64,000 nucleotides of DNA from an uncultured delta proteobacterium (GCA_963826785.1 CAWGYD010000006.1:352001-416000), one strand, 5' to 3'. Positions 1-10,357 are shown, counted from the first letter of the stretch. A program made the numbers and translations. The notes: generated from the sequence alone by a model not told the origin.

Positions 1-102
1 GACAAAGTAACGATCGGCGATTTTCTTTCCATTTGCCGATAAACGCAGGAATTCGGAACGCTTGCGCAGCTTGTCGTTTTTCTGAAGCCCGTACTTTGTC
101 AC
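1..102 (-). CDS. rnpA: Ribonuclease P protein component (5' part; runs off the window)
   Basis: Manual translation from GTG at 102: MTKYGLQKNDKLRKRSEFLRLSANGKKIADRYFV, a typical RnpA N-terminus downstream of rpmH. Confidence 0.85.
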   Translation of the reverse strand, partial: MTKYGLQKNDKLRKRSEFLRLSANGKKIADRYFV

Positions 103-272
103 TGGTCTTCGGTTTCATCGGCGGGATTGAAACATTATAAATCCCTGCGGCCCACTGAGGTGGCATAAGCCGGATCGAGAAAATTCCATTTCACATTCAA
201 GGGCGATCCTGTTTTCCCGGCGCCTTTGGTATCCGCTGGTGTGCAAAATGGAATTAACTGCATAACCCCCCT

Positions 273-407
273 CTAAAGCGCCAGCCGCTTCCTTCCCTTT
301 GCCCTGCGCCGATTGATCACCTGCCGGCCCTGCTTTGTAGACATCCGCCGTAAAAATCCATGCCGGCGGGCCCGTTTAATTCTGCTTGGCTGATATGTTC
401 TTTTCAT
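273..407 (-). CDS. rpmH: 50S ribosomal protein L34
   Basis: Manual translation [44 protein letters not shown] (44 aa); too short for the ORF track. Confidence 0.97.
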   Translation of the reverse strand: MKRTYQPSRIKRARRHGFLRRMSTKQGRQVINRRRAKGRKRLAL

Positions 408-580
408 TATGTCCTGCTTTCTATTCAGCACCCCGTTTTATACAGGGCTTGTGTTGATCTTTGAAATTAGAAATTAATCATAAAAGATAATATATTATAA
501 ATCATATTGTCAATATTTATGTTGCATGGGGTTTCCCTCGTTCCGCGGCTTCCAAAAATGGAAATTCGTTTGAATGGAAA

Positions 581-2137
581 CTAATGAAGAATTTCAACAA
601 TATCAAATTCCTCGAGGTGAAATTCCACGGCCGGATAAATGACCACCTGACGCTGAAGCTGTTTTTCCAGCAGGATGATGATCTCCTTGGCCTCCCCGAG
701 CAGGAGGTCTGCGATTTTGGCATTGACCCGGACACTGATCCGCTCACCCTTGACGTCCTGGGACAACCGGAGCACTTCCCGGTAAATATTGTTGCAGATG
801 GTCTGCTTGGAAAGCAGAACCCCTTCTCCGTCGCAGTAAAAGCATGGTTCGCAGAGCATCCGGGTGAGGGATCTGACCACCCGCTTGCGGGTCATCTGGA
901 TCAGCCCCATGTCCGACATGGGCAGCACATTGGTCTTGGCCTTGTCTTTCTTCAATGCATCGATCAACGCATTATAGACCTTCTCCTGGTTGGATTTTCG
1001 TTCCATATCGATGAAATCGATGATGATGATCCCCCCCAGGTTGCGAAGCCGGATCTGATATGCGATTTCTTTGACTGCCTCCAGATTGGTCTTTAATATG
1101 GTTTCCTCAAAATTGTGCTTTCCCACATAGCGGCCGGTATTGACATCGATGGCCACCAGTGCCTCTGTGATTTCGATGATGATGTACCCCCCGCACTTGA
1201 GCCAGATCTTCTTTTTCAGAGCCCGACGGATATCGCCCTCGATGTTGTAGGCATCGAATATCGGCTCCGCCCCGGTATACAGCGATACGGATTCCGTCAG
1301 ACGGGGCATGAATTTCTCGATGAATGACAGCACGGATTTATATACCGCCTGTGAGTCGATGGTCACCTTGTCCGCATCATGGGCCAGCAGATCCCTCACG
1401 CTCCTCAAGGTGACGGTCAATTCCTCATGGATCAGGGTCGACGTCGGGGCTTCCTTGAACCGTATCTGGATATCCGCCCAGAGATTGGTCAGAAATTCCA
1501 TTTCCTTGAGCATCTTATCCTCACTCAGACCCTCTCCGGCCGTTCGGACGATGTATCCGAAATTCTGCACCCGCTGGGTTAGGACCAGATCTTTCAAGCG
1601 CTGCCGCTCGGCTTCATCCGTGATCCGACGGGAAATGCCGATGTGGTCCACCGTGGGCATCAGCACCAGAAACCGGCCGGGTATCGAGATATATGAAGTC
1701 AGCCGGGCCCCCTTGCTGCCGATGGGAGAGCGCGCCACCTGCACCAGGATATCCTGGCCATCCTTTAATAGCTCTTCAATGGGCGATTTGTTTTTGGACG
1801 GCGCCATGTCCTGATCGGCCACAGGATCTGCCACCCGGGTGATCAGATCATTTTCTTCCTCCACTGCGGCATTGGATAGAAAGATCCGGTCCGGATGCGC
1901 ACTGGCCCGTTCATCGATTACATCGTCCACATAAATGAAAGCGGCCTGGTTCAGGCCGATATCCACGAAAGCGGCCTGCATGCCCGGCAGCACCCGCTGG
2001 ACCCGCCCCTTGTAAATATTGCCGGCAATATTGGATTCATCACTGCGGTCCACATAAAGTTCGACAATGGTTTGATCTTCCATGAGGGCCACCCGGATTT
2101 CCGGTCCGATGGCATTGATCACCAGTTCCTTGTACAT
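581..2137 (-). CDS. rng: Rne/Rng family ribonuclease (RNase G)
   Basis: GNIYKGRVQRVLPGMQAAFVDIG S1 domain, AIDVNTG, IRLRNLGGIIIIDFIDM and a CxxC Zn-link; 518 aa with no RNase E tail. Confidence 0.93.
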   Translation of the reverse strand: MYKELVINAIGPEIRVALMEDQTIVELYVDRSDESNIAGNIYKGRVQRVLPGMQAAFVDIGLNQAAFIYVDDVIDERASAHPDRIFLSNAAVEEENDLITRVADPVADQDMAPSKNKSPIEELLKDGQDILVQVARSPIGSKGARLTSYISIPGRFLVLMPTVDHIGISRRITDEAERQRLKDLVLTQRVQNFGYIVRTAGEGLSEDKMLKEMEFLTNLWADIQIRFKEAPTSTLIHEELTVTLRSVRDLLAHDADKVTIDSQAVYKSVLSFIEKFMPRLTESVSLYTGAEPIFDAYNIEGDIRRALKKKIWLKCGGYIIIEITEALVAIDVNTGRYVGKHNFEETILKTNLEAVKEIAYQIRLRNLGGIIIIDFIDMERKSNQEKVYNALIDALKKDKAKTNVLPMSDMGLIQMTRKRVVRSLTRMLCEPCFYCDGEGVLLSKQTICNNIYREVLRLSQDVKGERISVRVNAKIADLLLGEAKEIIILLEKQLQRQVVIYPAVEFHLEEFDIVEILH

Positions 2138-2242
2138 ATGGGTTATTCCTTAGCTTTAGATTCTTTAATTTGACGGTTTCGTAAACAGTCGTCCGCGGTT
2201 TGACGGACGACTGCTTGCGGGACCCCCAGATTGGACGGGACT

Positions 2243-4738
2243 TCATTTATCCACCTCGAGTTTTATGATCCGGGCCCGCCGGAGCGTCTCATCCGACAGA
2301 TGGAAGATCGCACCGATGGTTTCAGCGGGACGGACGGTAATCCCGGGCTGATGTCGAATCATCAGCTTCAGGCGGTTGGCCGCCACCTGTTCGATGGAGG
2401 CGACCGCCGGCTTTAAATCGATGAGGCGTCGGCCCCGCTTCGATTTCTTTTCGATCATCATCTCCGGGGCCGCCGCAAAGGCCGCAAGCAAAGCCGGATC
2501 AAATACCCCGTCGGAAAGTTCAACGCGGTAAACCACCGAATCGGGCGGCATCAGATCTCCTTCCTTATCTGCTTCCCGGCAGGCAAGGATTTCAAGGCCA
2601 TCCGGCAGCTGGGAATTGACCCGGTCGGCAAACCGCTCAAGGTCTGCCCGGTTCTTCAACGTCAGAAAAAAGATCTCCTTTTCACTTTGCATCCCCACCG
2701 GCAGCGGGTCGTGAAACGAAAATTTGGGTTTGGGATGAAATCCGCCGGTAAATTCCACCTCGATTCCCGACCGCCGGACGGCCCGCTCAAAGATCCTGAC
2801 CAGTTCCAGATGTCCGAAATAATGTGCCGGGTCCCGTTTTGAATAATGAACAGCCGCCCGAACCGGTGCGGATACGCTTTCAACCGACGGAGCCCGGGGA
2901 GTCGGCGGGACCTGCCCGGGGGCATGGATCTTGGGCATCAGCTGCTCAAAATCGCACACGCCGCAGTCCTGGCAAGCCTCAAAACGGCAGTCCGGGGTGG
3001 ACTGACCGGAGACGGCTTTTTCATATTCACACACCAGAAATTGCTTGGAGACCCGCACATCGATATGCGCCCAGGGAAGATCATGGGCCCGGTCTCGCTT
3101 TTCCGTATAGTGGTTTACATCGATGCCGGTATCCGCCAGGGCGGCTTGCCAGGCCGGAAAATCAAAAGAATCGGTCCACCCGTCAAACCGGCATCCCTTT
3201 TCAAAGGCGTTTATCAAAAGCCTGGACAGCTTCCGGTCCCCCCGGGCAAACAGGCCCTCCAGCAGGCTCACTTCGGGTTTCTGCCATTTGAATTCCACTC
3301 CGGGGCGGTTGAGCTGCTTTTTCAGATACTGGATCTTCTCAATGGATGCGGCCAGTGACAGCTGGGCCTCCCACTGGAACGGGACGTGCGGCTTGGGAAT
3401 GAAGGTGGCCACGCTCACATGGAGACTCCCCTTTTTACGGCCATGCCGGCCGTTTCTGCGGATCTTTTCCACCAGATCCACGATGGCATCGATATCTTCA
3501 TCGGTTTCGGTGGGCAGCCCGATCATGAAATAGAGCTTGACCGTGCGCCATCCCAGATCAAAGGCCTGTGCAACGGTGGAAAGAATTTCCTGTTCGGTGA
3601 TGTTCTTGTTGATGACCTGCCGGAGCCGCTCGCTTCCCGCTTCCGGGGCGATGGTAAAGCCGGTCTTTCGCACCCGGCGGATCAGGTCCATCAGGTCGGC
3701 TGACAGGCTCCCCGCCCTGAAGGACGGCAGCGACAGGGCCACATGATCGGCGGCATAACGATCAAACAGCGTATTCATCAGGGGCGCGAGACACCCGTAG
3801 TCCCCTGTGCTCAGAGAGAGCAGCGAAATTTCATCCATGCCGGTGGCGTTTATCGATTTTTCTGCAAGGTCCAGCAGGTTTTGAACACAACGCTCCCGAA
3901 CCGGCCGGTAGATCATCCCGGCCTGGCAGAAGCGGCAGCCCCGGGTGCATCCACGGGCCACTTCCAGGCGCAGCCGGTCGTGAACCGGCCTGCCATAGGG
4001 AACCACCGGGGAAACCGGAAAGGGGGCGCAATCCAGATCGGCGACCACGGCCCGGGTCACCCGCGGGTATTCAGGAAGGGTCGGCAGCGCCCGGGTAAAC
4101 CCTTCCGGTGTGTCGCTGATTTTAAACAAAGAAGGGACATATATCCCTTCAATTTTCGACCAGGCGGACAGCAGCGCCTGTTTGTTCCGGCCGGGATCTG
4201 AATTCCATTCCCGCCATGCTCGGGCCATCTCCAGCACCACGGCCTCGCCGTCTCCGACCACCATGGCATCGAAAAAATCGGCCACCGGTTCAGGATTGAC
4301 CGTGCAGGGACCGCCGGCAATGATCAGCGGTTCTGCTTCATCCCGGTCTGCAGCCAGAAAAGGAATGCCGGCAAGATCGAGCATCATCAACACATTGGTG
4401 TAATTGAGCTCATAGAGGAGGCTGAATCCGATGATATCAAAACGGCTCAACGGCGTGCCGGTCTCCAGGGATGCCAGCGGCAGGCCCTCCTGCTTCATTT
4501 TGGCCGCCATATCCGTTCCCGGGGCATACACGCGCTCTGCGGCCATGCCGGGTTGGCAATTAATGATATGATACAGGATCTGCAGTCCGAAATGGGACAT
4601 GCCGATCTCATAGAGGTCGGGAAATGCCAGGGCGAATCGAGGCGCCGCGTCCTTTTGGCATTTTACCGCGTTGATTTCATTGCCCAGGTAACGGCTCGGC
4701 TTCTCAACCAGAGGGAGCAGATGTGAAAATGGTTTCAA
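2243..4738 (-). CDS. TIGR03960-family B12-binding radical SAM protein fused to a TIGR03936/DUF2344 domain
   Basis: KPSRYLGNE, AFPDLYEIGMS and RGCTRGCRFCQAG; C-terminal GHLELVRIFERAVRRSG...GFHPKPK. Confidence 0.88.
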   Translation of the reverse strand: MKPFSHLLPLVEKPSRYLGNEINAVKCQKDAAPRFALAFPDLYEIGMSHFGLQILYHIINCQPGMAAERVYAPGTDMAAKMKQEGLPLASLETGTPLSRFDIIGFSLLYELNYTNVLMMLDLAGIPFLAADRDEAEPLIIAGGPCTVNPEPVADFFDAMVVGDGEAVVLEMARAWREWNSDPGRNKQALLSAWSKIEGIYVPSLFKISDTPEGFTRALPTLPEYPRVTRAVVADLDCAPFPVSPVVPYGRPVHDRLRLEVARGCTRGCRFCQAGMIYRPVRERCVQNLLDLAEKSINATGMDEISLLSLSTGDYGCLAPLMNTLFDRYAADHVALSLPSFRAGSLSADLMDLIRRVRKTGFTIAPEAGSERLRQVINKNITEQEILSTVAQAFDLGWRTVKLYFMIGLPTETDEDIDAIVDLVEKIRRNGRHGRKKGSLHVSVATFIPKPHVPFQWEAQLSLAASIEKIQYLKKQLNRPGVEFKWQKPEVSLLEGLFARGDRKLSRLLINAFEKGCRFDGWTDSFDFPAWQAALADTGIDVNHYTEKRDRAHDLPWAHIDVRVSKQFLVCEYEKAVSGQSTPDCRFEACQDCGVCDFEQLMPKIHAPGQVPPTPRAPSVESVSAPVRAAVHYSKRDPAHYFGHLELVRIFERAVRRSGIEVEFTGGFHPKPKFSFHDPLPVGMQSEKEIFFLTLKNRADLERFADRVNSQLPDGLEILACREADKEGDLMPPDSVVYRVELSDGVFDPALLAAFAAAPEMMIEKKSKRGRRLIDLKPAVASIEQVAANRLKLMIRHQPGITVRPAETIGAIFHLSDETLRRARIIKLEVDK

Positions 4739-4797
4739 AAATGGTCCTAAACTTCAAAAAAGATGAATGCGCATCAAAAAAAATAGGAATACAAAAA

Positions 4798-5559
4798 TTA
4801 CTGCATGCTGGCCTGCACGAACTCAAGGGTCTGGCGGACGCTGCTGTCGAAGAAACAGCTCATTCCTTCCTGCCAGTTTTCCTCGGCCAGTTTTTTCCGG
4901 ATCCGCCGGGCCGTGTCCATCCGGAGCAGCTGCTTCATCCGGATAAACGGCCGGTTGGGGGTGTCGATCCATTGGGCCACCACCTGCTTGGCCCGGCCGA
5001 GCAGATCTTCTTCGGCCACCACTTCGTCGATCAGCCGCCTTTCTTTTGCAGTGCGGACATCCACCATATCGCCGAAGAACATCACATCCCTGAATGTGTG
5101 GTTGCTGTCGAACCCGAAGCGCATGACTTCGTGCTGGGCAAGGGTCAGGGGGAGTCCAATTTTGATTTCACTCATACCGATCTTGATTTTGGGGTGATCC
5201 TTGGCGATGCGGTAGTCTGCGGCCATGGAATAGATCAGGCCGGCCGCCGCCGCATGTCCGTTGATGGCCGAAACCACCGGTTTGCTGCAGGTAAACAGAG
5301 ACAGGAGCACTTCTTCCTCAAAGTTGAAAAATTCCACGGCCTCCTCAACATTCTTGAAACCCAGGAAAATGGGAAGATCAAATCCGCTGGAAAAAAACCG
5401 TCCCGACCCGGTCAGAATGATTCCCTTGGGCGTCGCATTCCGGTTGACCTCATCTACGATCTCCTTTATCCGGAGCAGAATTTCCCGGTTGATGGGGTTG
5501 GTCTTCCCGTTTTTAAAGGTCAGAATCTTGATATCCTCTTCGAGGGTTTCTTCAAACAT
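4798..5559 (-). CDS. Enoyl-CoA hydratase/isomerase (crotonase) family protein
   Basis: FFSSGFDL, KPVVSAINGHAAAAG, ADYRIA and MSEIKIGL motifs. Confidence 0.88.
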   Translation of the reverse strand: MFEETLEEDIKILTFKNGKTNPINREILLRIKEIVDEVNRNATPKGIILTGSGRFFSSGFDLPIFLGFKNVEEAVEFFNFEEEVLLSLFTCSKPVVSAINGHAAAAGLIYSMAADYRIAKDHPKIKIGMSEIKIGLPLTLAQHEVMRFGFDSNHTFRDVMFFGDMVDVRTAKERRLIDEVVAEEDLLGRAKQVVAQWIDTPNRPFIRMKQLLRMDTARRIRKKLAEENWQEGMSCFFDSSVRQTLEFVQASMQ

Positions 5560-5725
5560 TGAATCTCTCCTGCCTTTTTTGAATTTGTTAATCTTGATGA
5601 AAAATATCCGGGCGTGCCGTTTTTTCGATTTAACCGAGCGTGTCTACCCTTATGCGAAAGGGAGCCGTTCTGTCAAGGAGAAGCCCATATTCCTCCTGAT
5701 GACGATCGGTTACATTCCATGGGCA

Positions 5726-5754
5726 TTGACAGCGGCGCCTGAGTTTATTATAAC
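5726..5754 (+). promoter_or_regulatory. Sigma70-type promoter upstream of dapL
   Basis: TTGACA-17 nt-TATAAC. Confidence 0.65.
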
Positions 5755-5958
5755 GGGCTTTCGCGAATCCCTGATTTCAAAAAGTGCATAATTTCTAATA
5801 TATACGGATTAATATCCATCCGTCAACCGGATAGAGGAAAGATTTCACGTATCCACATTCGATTTAAAAGACTGAAAGGCCGCCGTAATTTACGATGGCA
5901 GGACTTGCCGACGGCCGCCTTTTATACGAAATCGCATTAAGAATAAGGAAAGGCCCCC

Positions 5959-7182
5959 ATGATCAAAATCAACGAACATTACCTCAAACTCGAAGCCTCA
6001 TATCTCTTCTCCACGGTCGCAAAGAAGATCGACAGCTATCAAAAGGCGCATCCGGAAGCCGACATCATCCGCCTGGGCATCGGAGATGCCACCCAGGCCC
6101 TGCCCCAGGCCTGTATCGCCGCCTTCCACCGGGCCGTCGATGAGATGGCTGATGACGCCACCTTCCGGGGTTATGGACCGGAGCAGGGGTACCCGTTTCT
6201 GCGGGAAAAAATCGCCCGGCACGACTTTCAGGCGCGGGGGGCGGATGTTTCGGCTGACGAGATCTTCATTTCCGACGGGGCCAAGTGCGATACCGGCAAT
6301 TTTCAGGAAATCCTTTCCGCCGACATCTTGGTGGCCCTTCCGGACCCGGTATATCCCGTGTATGTGGACACCAATGTCATGGCCGGCCGGACCGGCAACA
6401 ATATCGACGGCCAGTACCAGAATCTGGTTTACCTGAAATGCACGAAAGAAAACGGTTATCTTCCCGGTCTTCCCGAAAAGCCGGTGGACCTGATCTACCT
6501 GTGCTTTCCCAACAATCCCACCGGCGCCACCATCACCCGGGAAGCCCTGTCCGAATGGGTGGCCTACGCCCGGGAGCACAAGGCGCTGATCCTCTTTGAC
6601 GCCGCCTATGAAGCCTTCATCCGGGATGATTCCATTCCCCATTCCATCTATGAAATAGATGGCGCCCGGGAAGTGGCCGTGGAGTTTCGCAGCTTTTCCA
6701 AAACCGCCGGATTCACCGGCACCCGGTGCGCCTATACCGTTGTTCCCAAAGACTGCTGCGCCTATGATGCCGCGGGAAAACCGCATTTCCTGCACGCCCT
6801 GTGGAACCGCCGGCACTCCACCAAATTCAACGGGGTCTCCTACCCGGTGCAGCGGGCCGCTGAAGCTGTATACAGTGAAGAAGGAAAACGCCAGATCAGG
6901 CAGATCATCGATGTCTACATGGCCAATGCCGACCGGATCGTCAGGGAGGTTAAGGCTCTGGGGTATGGGTATGCAGGGGGGGCAAATTCGCCATACATCT
7001 GGGTGGAATCGCAAACAGAGTCCTGGTCGTTTTTTGACATGCTGCTCGAAAAGGCCGGCGTGGTCTGCACGCCGGGGGCCGGGTTCGGATCCTGCGGCAA
7101 AAATCACATCCGGCTGAGCGCCTTCAACAGCCCCGACCGGGTGGAACAGGCCATGCAGCGCATTAAAAAGGCATTGAAATAA
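5959..7182 (+). CDS. dapL: LL-diaminopimelate aminotransferase
   Basis: SYLF, IRLGIGD, GYGPEQG, SDGAKCD, PNNPTG, SFSKTAGFTGTR and TPGAGFG motifs. Confidence 0.95.
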   Translation: MIKINEHYLKLEASYLFSTVAKKIDSYQKAHPEADIIRLGIGDATQALPQACIAAFHRAVDEMADDATFRGYGPEQGYPFLREKIARHDFQARGADVSADEIFISDGAKCDTGNFQEILSADILVALPDPVYPVYVDTNVMAGRTGNNIDGQYQNLVYLKCTKENGYLPGLPEKPVDLIYLCFPNNPTGATITREALSEWVAYAREHKALILFDAAYEAFIRDDSIPHSIYEIDGAREVAVEFRSFSKTAGFTGTRCAYTVVPKDCCAYDAAGKPHFLHALWNRRHSTKFNGVSYPVQRAAEAVYSEEGKRQIRQIIDVYMANADRIVREVKALGYGYAGGANSPYIWVESQTESWSFFDMLLEKAGVVCTPGAGFGSCGKNHIRLSAFNSPDRVEQAMQRIKKALK

Positions 7183-7194
7183 ACGCTTTTTGAT

Positions 7195-9450
7195 TCAATC
7201 CCCCGAGGCATTGAATTCCGACAGCAGCGACTGGAGCCCAAAAGAGCGCCCCGGGAGTAAATTTCCATCAATGCCCAAAACCAGAACGGCCCCCATCAGT
7301 GAGTTGGTGGCCAGCACCGCATCGGCGGCATACAGATCCTCGACCTTGACGGGATGGCAGCATTCGCTAAACCCCTTGCCGATCAGAAATGAAACGGCCT
7401 GCTCCTGCATTATACCCGGCAGGACGTGGGAGGATGAGGGCCGGATCACACGTTTATCCTTTATCAGCAGGAGGCTGGCCGTATGGGTCTCCGAAACGCT
7501 GCCGTCCGGGTTTAAGATCAGGGCCTCATCCGCCCCTTGGGCCGCCGCCCATTTGCCGGCCAGATAATAATAAAGATAATTCAATGACTTGTAGTCAGCC
7601 AGCGGCGTCTGGCGGGGGTGGGGGTAAACGGCCAGGTGAAGCCCGCCTTTGTTCATGAGCTGCGGCCGGGGGCGGTAAATCCGGGCCGACACCAGTATCT
7701 CCGGATGGCGCCGGTCTCCGGGCGGACCATAGGTGGCCAGGATCTTTACGGCGGCCGTGTCGTTTTTGAGGCCGTTTTTGCAAATCACCATGCCGATAAT
7801 CTCGCGCCAGCTCAGGTCGGGCACCGTCAGATCCATCATTGCCGCCCAGGCGATGTTGAACCGGCGCATGTGAGCCTCCAGGAATTCCGGTTTGCCATTG
7901 TTTACCCTCAGGGTTTCGAAAATCCCGAACCCGTACTGCAGCCCCAGATCGTCATAGCAGACCGCCGCCTGCCCTTCGGGGATCAAAAACCCGTTTTTCC
8001 ACACATGGGCGGCCGGCTCGGGTGTTATCGCCTCTTCCTGAAGCACGCCCGCCAGGGAGCGGCCCTTGTGCAGGGTTTCTTCAAATTCGTCCCCGGGGTC
8101 TGAATCATAGACGATGCCGCCGCCAACGGAAAAGAAAACCCGGTCCTTGAATATCGTGGCCGTGCGGATGGCGATGGAGAGATCCAGGGTATCATGAAAT
8201 CCGATATAGCCGATGGATCCGGTGTAAACATGGCGCCGGCAGGGCTCCAGCTCATCGATGATTTCCATGGCCCGGATGCGGGGGCACCCGGTGATCGATC
8301 CGCCGGGAAAGGTGGCCCTGAGCAGGTCCACCACATCCCTGTCCGGCTGCAGCCGGCCGGTGACCACCGATACCAGGTGGTAGACGTTGCTGTAGGCTTC
8401 CAGACGCTTGTGCTGCGCCACGCAAACGCTGCCGCCGCGGCAGACCCGGCCCAGATCGTTTCGCATGAGATCGACGATCATGGACAGTTCGGCCTCATCC
8501 TTGCGGCTCTCTAACAGTGCCGCGGCGTGCGCCCGGTCTTCTTCTTCGCTTTTTCCCCGGGGGCGGGTTCCCTTGATGGGCCGGGTCTCCACCAACTCTT
8601 TCTGCCGCCGCAGAAAGCGTTCGGGCGAGGTGGAGACGATCCAGTGGTCCCCTGCATGGACATACGCGTAAAACGGCGCGGGCGCAGACCGGTACAGGGA
8701 CCGGAACATGGCATAGGGATCTCCTTCAAAACCGGCGGTAAACCGCTGGGACAGGTTCACCTGGTAGATATCGCCGGCGGTGATGTAGTTTTTTGCGGCA
8801 TTTACCGCTTTTAGGTACTGATCTTTTGAAAATGACGAAAAGAGCGCGGGCGCATTTCCTTTGAATACCCCGGCCGGAGGCGCTTTCCCCGACAGGATAT
8901 TTTCAAACCGGGAAAACGCCTCCTGCGCATCGGCGGTTTTCGGCAGGGTCCGCCGGATGGCGCATATATGCCCTTTTCCGGCCTGCTTGTCATAGACGAG
9001 GATCACCGATGGCGCATACAGGCACATCTGGGGCAAATGGTGGTCATCGACCGTGGTGCGGGGAAGGGTTTCGATATGATCCTTTAAATCGTAGGCGAAA
9101 TATCCGAACAGGCCGGCTCCCACCGGAATGGACGGATGTTCGAAGGTCTGCGCATACAGACGCGTCAGCTGCCGTACCAGTTCAAAGGGGTCGCCTTCGT
9201 ATGAAATGGCGTCTTCTCCGGCCGTAATGACATATCGATTGCCATATCCCTTCACGGACAGCCAGGGCAGGGCCGCCAGGATATGAAACCGGGCGCAGTC
9301 CAGATCGCCTCCGCTCAGCAGCACGACGCTCCCTTCCATATGCGAAAATCGCGCGGCCACCTCTTCAAACGGCGCATCCGGGCAATACGATTTGACCTCG
9401 ATGGCCGAGATCCGACCGGTCAGGCGGGCAAGCGCTGCGGTAATGTCCAT
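7195..9450 (-). CDS. pabB: Aminodeoxychorismate synthase component I fused to a class IV aminotransferase (ADC lyase), PabB-PabC
   Basis: GDIYQVNLSQRF, TRPIKGTRPRG, MIVDLMRNDLGRV and FPGGSITGCP; C-terminal GLQYGFGIFET, YKSLNYL and VLPGI; start taken at ATG 9450 (MDITAAL). Confidence 0.88.
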   Translation of the reverse strand: MDITAALARLTGRISAIEVKSYCPDAPFEEVAARFSHMEGSVVLLSGGDLDCARFHILAALPWLSVKGYGNRYVITAGEDAISYEGDPFELVRQLTRLYAQTFEHPSIPVGAGLFGYFAYDLKDHIETLPRTTVDDHHLPQMCLYAPSVILVYDKQAGKGHICAIRRTLPKTADAQEAFSRFENILSGKAPPAGVFKGNAPALFSSFSKDQYLKAVNAAKNYITAGDIYQVNLSQRFTAGFEGDPYAMFRSLYRSAPAPFYAYVHAGDHWIVSTSPERFLRRQKELVETRPIKGTRPRGKSEEEDRAHAAALLESRKDEAELSMIVDLMRNDLGRVCRGGSVCVAQHKRLEAYSNVYHLVSVVTGRLQPDRDVVDLLRATFPGGSITGCPRIRAMEIIDELEPCRRHVYTGSIGYIGFHDTLDLSIAIRTATIFKDRVFFSVGGGIVYDSDPGDEFEETLHKGRSLAGVLQEEAITPEPAAHVWKNGFLIPEGQAAVCYDDLGLQYGFGIFETLRVNNGKPEFLEAHMRRFNIAWAAMMDLTVPDLSWREIIGMVICKNGLKNDTAAVKILATYGPPGDRRHPEILVSARIYRPRPQLMNKGGLHLAVYPHPRQTPLADYKSLNYLYYYLAGKWAAAQGADEALILNPDGSVSETHTASLLLIKDKRVIRPSSSHVLPGIMQEQAVSFLIGKGFSECCHPVKVEDLYAADAVLATNSLMGAVLVLGIDGNLLPGRSFGLQSLLSEFNASGD

Positions 9451-10052
9451 GTGGTATTTTCCTCCCTCTGCCGTGTCAGGGCAAACGGCCCTTTGCGCAA
9501 AAAATTTTCGATCAGCACAAAACCGCATTCGGTCATGAAACTTTCCGGATGAAACTGGACGCCATAGAGGAGACGCTCGGGATGTTCAAACCCCATCACC
9601 ACCCCGTCTTCGCTTCTTGCGGATATGACCAGACCGGGATAATCGACGTTGACCATCAGGGAATGATAGCGTGCCGCCGTAAACGGGGACGGGATCTTTT
9701 CAAAAAGCCCCTTGCCGTCGTGATACACCCGGTCGGTTTTGCCGTGCACCGGAACGGGGGCTGCAACCGTCTTTCCCCCCAGGGCTTCGCCGATGCACTG
9801 CATGCCGAGGCAGACGCCCAGAATGGGCAGGGTGCCGGCCATGGTGTTTATCAAAGCGATGGAAATGCCGGCGCTTGCCGGATCTTTGGGTCCGGGGCTG
9901 ATCAGCAGGTAGTCCGGACAAAAAGCGCGCACCTGACCGATATCGGTCTTGTCGCTCCGGGCCACGATGATGTCCAGGTCATAGCACATGAACATCTGCA
10001 CCAGGTTGTGGGTGAAGGAATCATAATTGTCGATGACGAAAAGTTTTGCCAT
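9420..10052 (-). CDS. pabA: Aminodeoxychorismate/anthranilate synthase component II (glutamine amidotransferase)
   Basis: IDNYDSFT, SPGP, LGVCLGMQ, RYHSL and GVQFHPES; adjacent to pabB. Confidence 0.9.
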   Translation of the reverse strand: MAKLFVIDNYDSFTHNLVQMFMCYDLDIIVARSDKTDIGQVRAFCPDYLLISPGPKDPASAGISIALINTMAGTLPILGVCLGMQCIGEALGGKTVAAPVPVHGKTDRVYHDGKGLFEKIPSPFTAARYHSLMVNVDYPGLVISARSEDGVVMGFEHPERLLYGVQFHPESFMTECGFVLIENFLRKGPFALTRQREENTTWTLPQRLPA

Positions 10053-10260
10053 ATCAAGCCGCTCCAAATAAAAAACGCCGCCCTTGAGTCTGGGTGGCGT
10101 TTGCCTGAGACATAACTCATCTGATTTTGAATGGTCTAATGTGCTGACGTTGTTTACGGTTTACATAACGGATCGGGGAAAAATTGCAAGTAAAATCACG
10201 GACTTGCTCCGGCAGCGAAAAAAAAGCAATAATCCCTGTATATTAAAAGGCTTTTCAGTC

Positions 10261-10289
10261 TTGACAAAACCATAGCCCCCCATTAAGAT
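10261..10289 (+). promoter_or_regulatory. Sigma70-type promoter upstream of the OmpA-domain gene
   Basis: TTGACA-17 nt-TAAGAT. Confidence 0.6.
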
Positions 10290-10357
10290 GAATTAGTTCT
10301 TTTATAAATGTGCTCCCGGGCACATCGTTCAAGGCGGTCCACCCCATAGGAATTACA

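Noticed and set aside
408..580. oriC upstream of rpmH
   Set aside because: AT-rich, but no convincing DnaA box cluster; explained as the rpmH promoter region
5830..5958. Canonical lysine riboswitch
   Set aside because: Motif spacing is too short and the 3' CUGUC...GCUAUC elements are absent before the start codon; kept only as an unexplained leader
5998..7107. Long antisense ORFs (e.g. 5998-7107, 30130-31140, 37256-38275, 47225-48301)
   Set aside because: Shadow frames of well-supported GC-rich genes, with no recognisable motifs
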